From: a candidate division WOR-3 bacterium
GTDB lineage: Bacteria; Hydrothermota; Tepidihabitantia; Tepidihabitantales; Tepidihabitantaceae
Direction of reading: 5' to 3'
DNA: 64,000 nucleotides
Assembly: GCA_965649295.1 (NCBI GenBank)
Contig: CBFGKH010000001.1
Coordinates: 321,881 to 385,880, forward strand
A program made the translations under genes and the position numbers. Shown piece by piece: positions 61,813-64,000 of this stretch; position 1 is the first letter of the stretch, and every line of letters starts with the position of its first letter. The notes under the pieces were generated by a model. It saw only the letters and a list, made by a program, of their open reading frames with translations, was not told the origin of the DNA and ran no database searches.

Positions 61813-62947
61813 CGAGAGCCTCTGGGTTCTGCAGTAGATACTCGCCAGTGCCAAACCGGTCAACAAAGATGAATCGCTTGTTCAGCTCGTAGTAATACCA
61901 GACCTCCCGGGCCGGCCGATCAATCTCAAACGGTCGCGCCTCAATCTGGTCTGGACTGCCATAGTACACATAGACGCGGCCACGATCACTGCGAAACCCT
62001 CGATCGCCATGCCCGAAATGCTCCTCAGCATAGGCAATACGGGCAAAATACTCTTCCTCGCGTTCATTCCGCTCGGTAGTCGGGGTATCGTCCCTTTGCT
62101 TCCAGAAATCGCGCCAGGCCTGCTCGCGTTCCTCGCGGGGCGTCGCTGTCAGCCGCCGCAGCTCTGCCGGCTCAGCGACATAGATCAACTGCTCGACCCG
62201 CCGCGCCCATGCCCGGTCATCAAGAAAAAATGGAACCTCGACCCGAAACCCGATACTTCCCGTTGCTGACCCGGCCACCGCCTGCAGCATGTAATCTCCA
62301 CTCACTAGTGCACTGCCATTGTCGCCAGGTCCAATAGCCAACCGATACACAGCAACCCGCCGACCAAGGCTCTCAGTCGCCGCCACCGTGCTCCCCATCG
62401 CTACTCGTCCCCCAGACAGCACCCGAAAACGGCAGCTCTCCAACGGCAGATTCGGCCCGACAATCTCTGCCAGCGCCACCAATGTATCCCCCGGCCGATA
62501 TAATGAACGCCGGTCTGACAGCCGTAAGGTCATGCCGCCGGTCGGCCGATTCAGAACGAAATCTGCCACAGCCTGACGCTCACTTAGCTCATCGGTTACC
62601 ACCACTCGACCACGCCGTGCCGTCGCCGGCAGCCCCGTAGCTAGCACCCCGCTCACGACCGACTCCCGGGCACTAGTCGCCCCATACTCAGCTACACTCA
62701 CCCGCAAGGTCCGAAAATCGGCCGACAGCGAACGACCCCGGTCATCCAGCGCCTCCAGCGCAATTCGGCAGCGAGCAGCATACTCCTGGCCCTGTCGGAC
62801 AAACGCGAGACTGCTGAAAGGTATCTCATATCCCAACTCCAGCCGTTCCCCGCCCGACTCACTAGGATAGACAACCGGGTCCAGCCTGACCGGCAGGTCG
62901 CCGCGCACCGAAAGTGCCCACAACGACAGGCACACTACCAAGAGCAT
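61802..62947 (-). CDS. GWxTD-domain protein
   Basis: Signal peptide; FW..RD.TP.T..NE..EEY..R..YA, GFRSDRGRVY..YG.PD, F.FVD..G.G.Y. Confidence 0.85.
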   Translation of the reverse strand: MLLVVCLSLWALSVRGDLPVRLDPVVYPSESGGERLELGYEIPFSSLAFVRQGQEYAARCRIALEALDDRGRSLSADFRTLRVSVAEYGATSARESVVSGVLATGLPATARRGRVVVTDELSERQAVADFVLNRPTGGMTLRLSDRRSLYRPGDTLVALAEIVGPNLPLESCRFRVLSGGRVAMGSTVAATESLGRRVAVYRLAIGPGDNGSALVSGDYMLQAVAGSATGSIGFRVEVPFFLDDRAWARRVEQLIYVAEPAELRRLTATPREEREQAWRDFWKQRDDTPTTERNEREEEYFARIAYAEEHFGHGDRGFRSDRGRVYVYYGSPDQIEARPFEIDRPAREVWYYYELNKRFIFVDRFGTGEYLLQNPEALDDR

Positions 62948-62956
62948 TGAACAGTA

Positions 62957-63070
62957 AGTGTAGGCCTGACCTAAGCGAAGTCAAGCCACCGACCCCATTT
63001 ACAAGCAGAAAGAGCTTGATGCCGAATCTCTCTGTCGGATTTGACTTGGGCGCAACGCGGGCTGTAGAAT
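62957..63070. promoter_or_regulatory. Divergent sigma70-like promoters
   Basis: Minus strand TTGACT-N16-TACACT (62984-62957); plus strand TTGACT-N18-TAGAAT (63041-63070). Confidence 0.5.
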
Positions 63071-63112
63071 CGGCCAATGCCGGTAGCATCAAAAGCAACC
63101 AAGGAGGCTTCG

Positions 63113-64000
63113 ATGACAAAAGCCGTGCTTGTCGTGGCTGTTCTAGTCAGTGTCGGCCACGCCCTCATCTCCCCTGACTTGACCGACCGACTCCGCACTG
63201 CCGGCGCCGATCAACTGCTTCCGGTCCACATAATCCTCAAGGAGCAGTTTGATGTAGCCTTACTCAACTCGCTGGTTGACGGGCTGCCGCGGCCGCAGCG
63301 GCGGGTCGAGGTTGCCAGAATCATGCAGCAGTTTGCTGAAGAGCAGCAGGCCGAGCTGCTGCAGTTTCTTGCCGGCCGCGCCGGTGAGGTAGCTGATGTG
63401 ACCTCGCTCTGGGTGGTCAACGCGGTCTACTGCCAGGCGACGCCGGCAGTAATCCGGGCCCTGAGTGAGCGGCCAGAGGTCAACTTTGTTGACTATGACC
63501 TGAAGCACTGTCCTGACCTGCTTGAAACCAATGCCCGCGCCAGTGACGGCGGCGATGAGATAACTTGGGGTGTGCGGAAGGTGAACGCGCCGGCGGTATG
63601 GGCCCAGGGCTACACTGGGGCCGGAGTGGTCTGCGGCCACATTGACACCGGCTGCAACTACAACCATCCGGACTTGGCCGACCATATGTGGACCGATCCG
63701 AACTATCCGTATCACGGCTGGAACTTCGAGAATAACAATAACAACCCGATGGACGTGCAGGGTCATGGGACCCACACGGCGGGGACAGTGGCGAGTGACG
63801 GTACTGGTGGCAGTCAGTGTGGGGTGGCGCCAGATGCGCAGCTGATGATCTGTCGGGTGCGGACAGTGGCAGACTCGATTGCCGAGAGCCAGTGCTGGCA
63901 GGCGATGCAGTTCTGCGTGTCGCCGCCATTGTCGCCGGCGAACGGAGCTGACCTCTACACGATGTCCTTGGGCTGGTACATTTCGTGGAATCCGGCGCAG
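63113..64000 (+). CDS. Secreted S8 (subtilisin-like) serine peptidase, truncated by the window end
   Basis: GGAGG SD and ATG 63113; signal peptide and I9-like propeptide; TWGV..VNAP.VW..GYTG.GV...IDTG (Asp); GHGTHTAG (His); GVAP. Confidence 0.92.
   Translation, partial: MTKAVLVVAVLVSVGHALISPDLTDRLRTAGADQLLPVHIILKEQFDVALLNSLVDGLPRPQRRVEVARIMQQFAEEQQAELLQFLAGRAGEVADVTSLWVVNAVYCQATPAVIRALSERPEVNFVDYDLKHCPDLLETNARASDGGDEITWGVRKVNAPAVWAQGYTGAGVVCGHIDTGCNYNHPDLADHMWTDPNYPYHGWNFENNNNNPMDVQGHGTHTAGTVASDGTGGSQCGVAPDAQLMICRVRTVADSIAESQCWQAMQFCVSPPLSPANGADLYTMSLGWYISWNPAQ

Overview
A GC-rich bacterial chromosomal window. The gene repertoire (LptABC, RpoN, GWxTD proteins, DUF4175, an Omp28-like protein with a FlgD-Ig-type tail, a Sec-containing SelD) fits a diderm, probably anaerobic FCB-adjacent lineage such as WOR-3; this taxonomy is inference only. 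About 54 CDS are present, mostly housekeeping: prfA-prmC-nadK-recN, adk-map-infA-rpmJ-pyrG-lptCAB-rpoN-selB-selD, tldD/pmbA, ktrBA, tnaA and thiC. I found no rRNA, tRNA, CRISPR array or transposase. The best candidate for an undescribed system is the minus-strand operon at 26777-21087, possibly extending to 19888. It encodes an unknown 282-aa protein, two paralogous BrxD/DUF2791-type P-loop ATPases and an Lhr/BrxHI-like helicase coupled to a GT4 glycosyltransferase, with no BREX core genes (pglX/pglZ) or TerB nearby. One ATPase carries an N-terminal UvrD/PcrA-CTD-like Tudor module. Other notable items: an N-lobe-less PASTA pseudokinase; a methyltransferase/ABC/beta-barrel/FTR operon with a long UGA-punctuated leader; KtrB with a voltage-sensor-like N-terminus; an output-less HAMP-PAS sensor; UGA-recoded selD and a short rpmJ that the ORF track truncates or misses; several apparently leaderless genes; and intergenic repeat families (REP-like palindromes with heptamers, a 25-bp TAA-N19-TTA site, a 12-bp periodic array). 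All family assignments come from motif recognition by eye, not from database searches.
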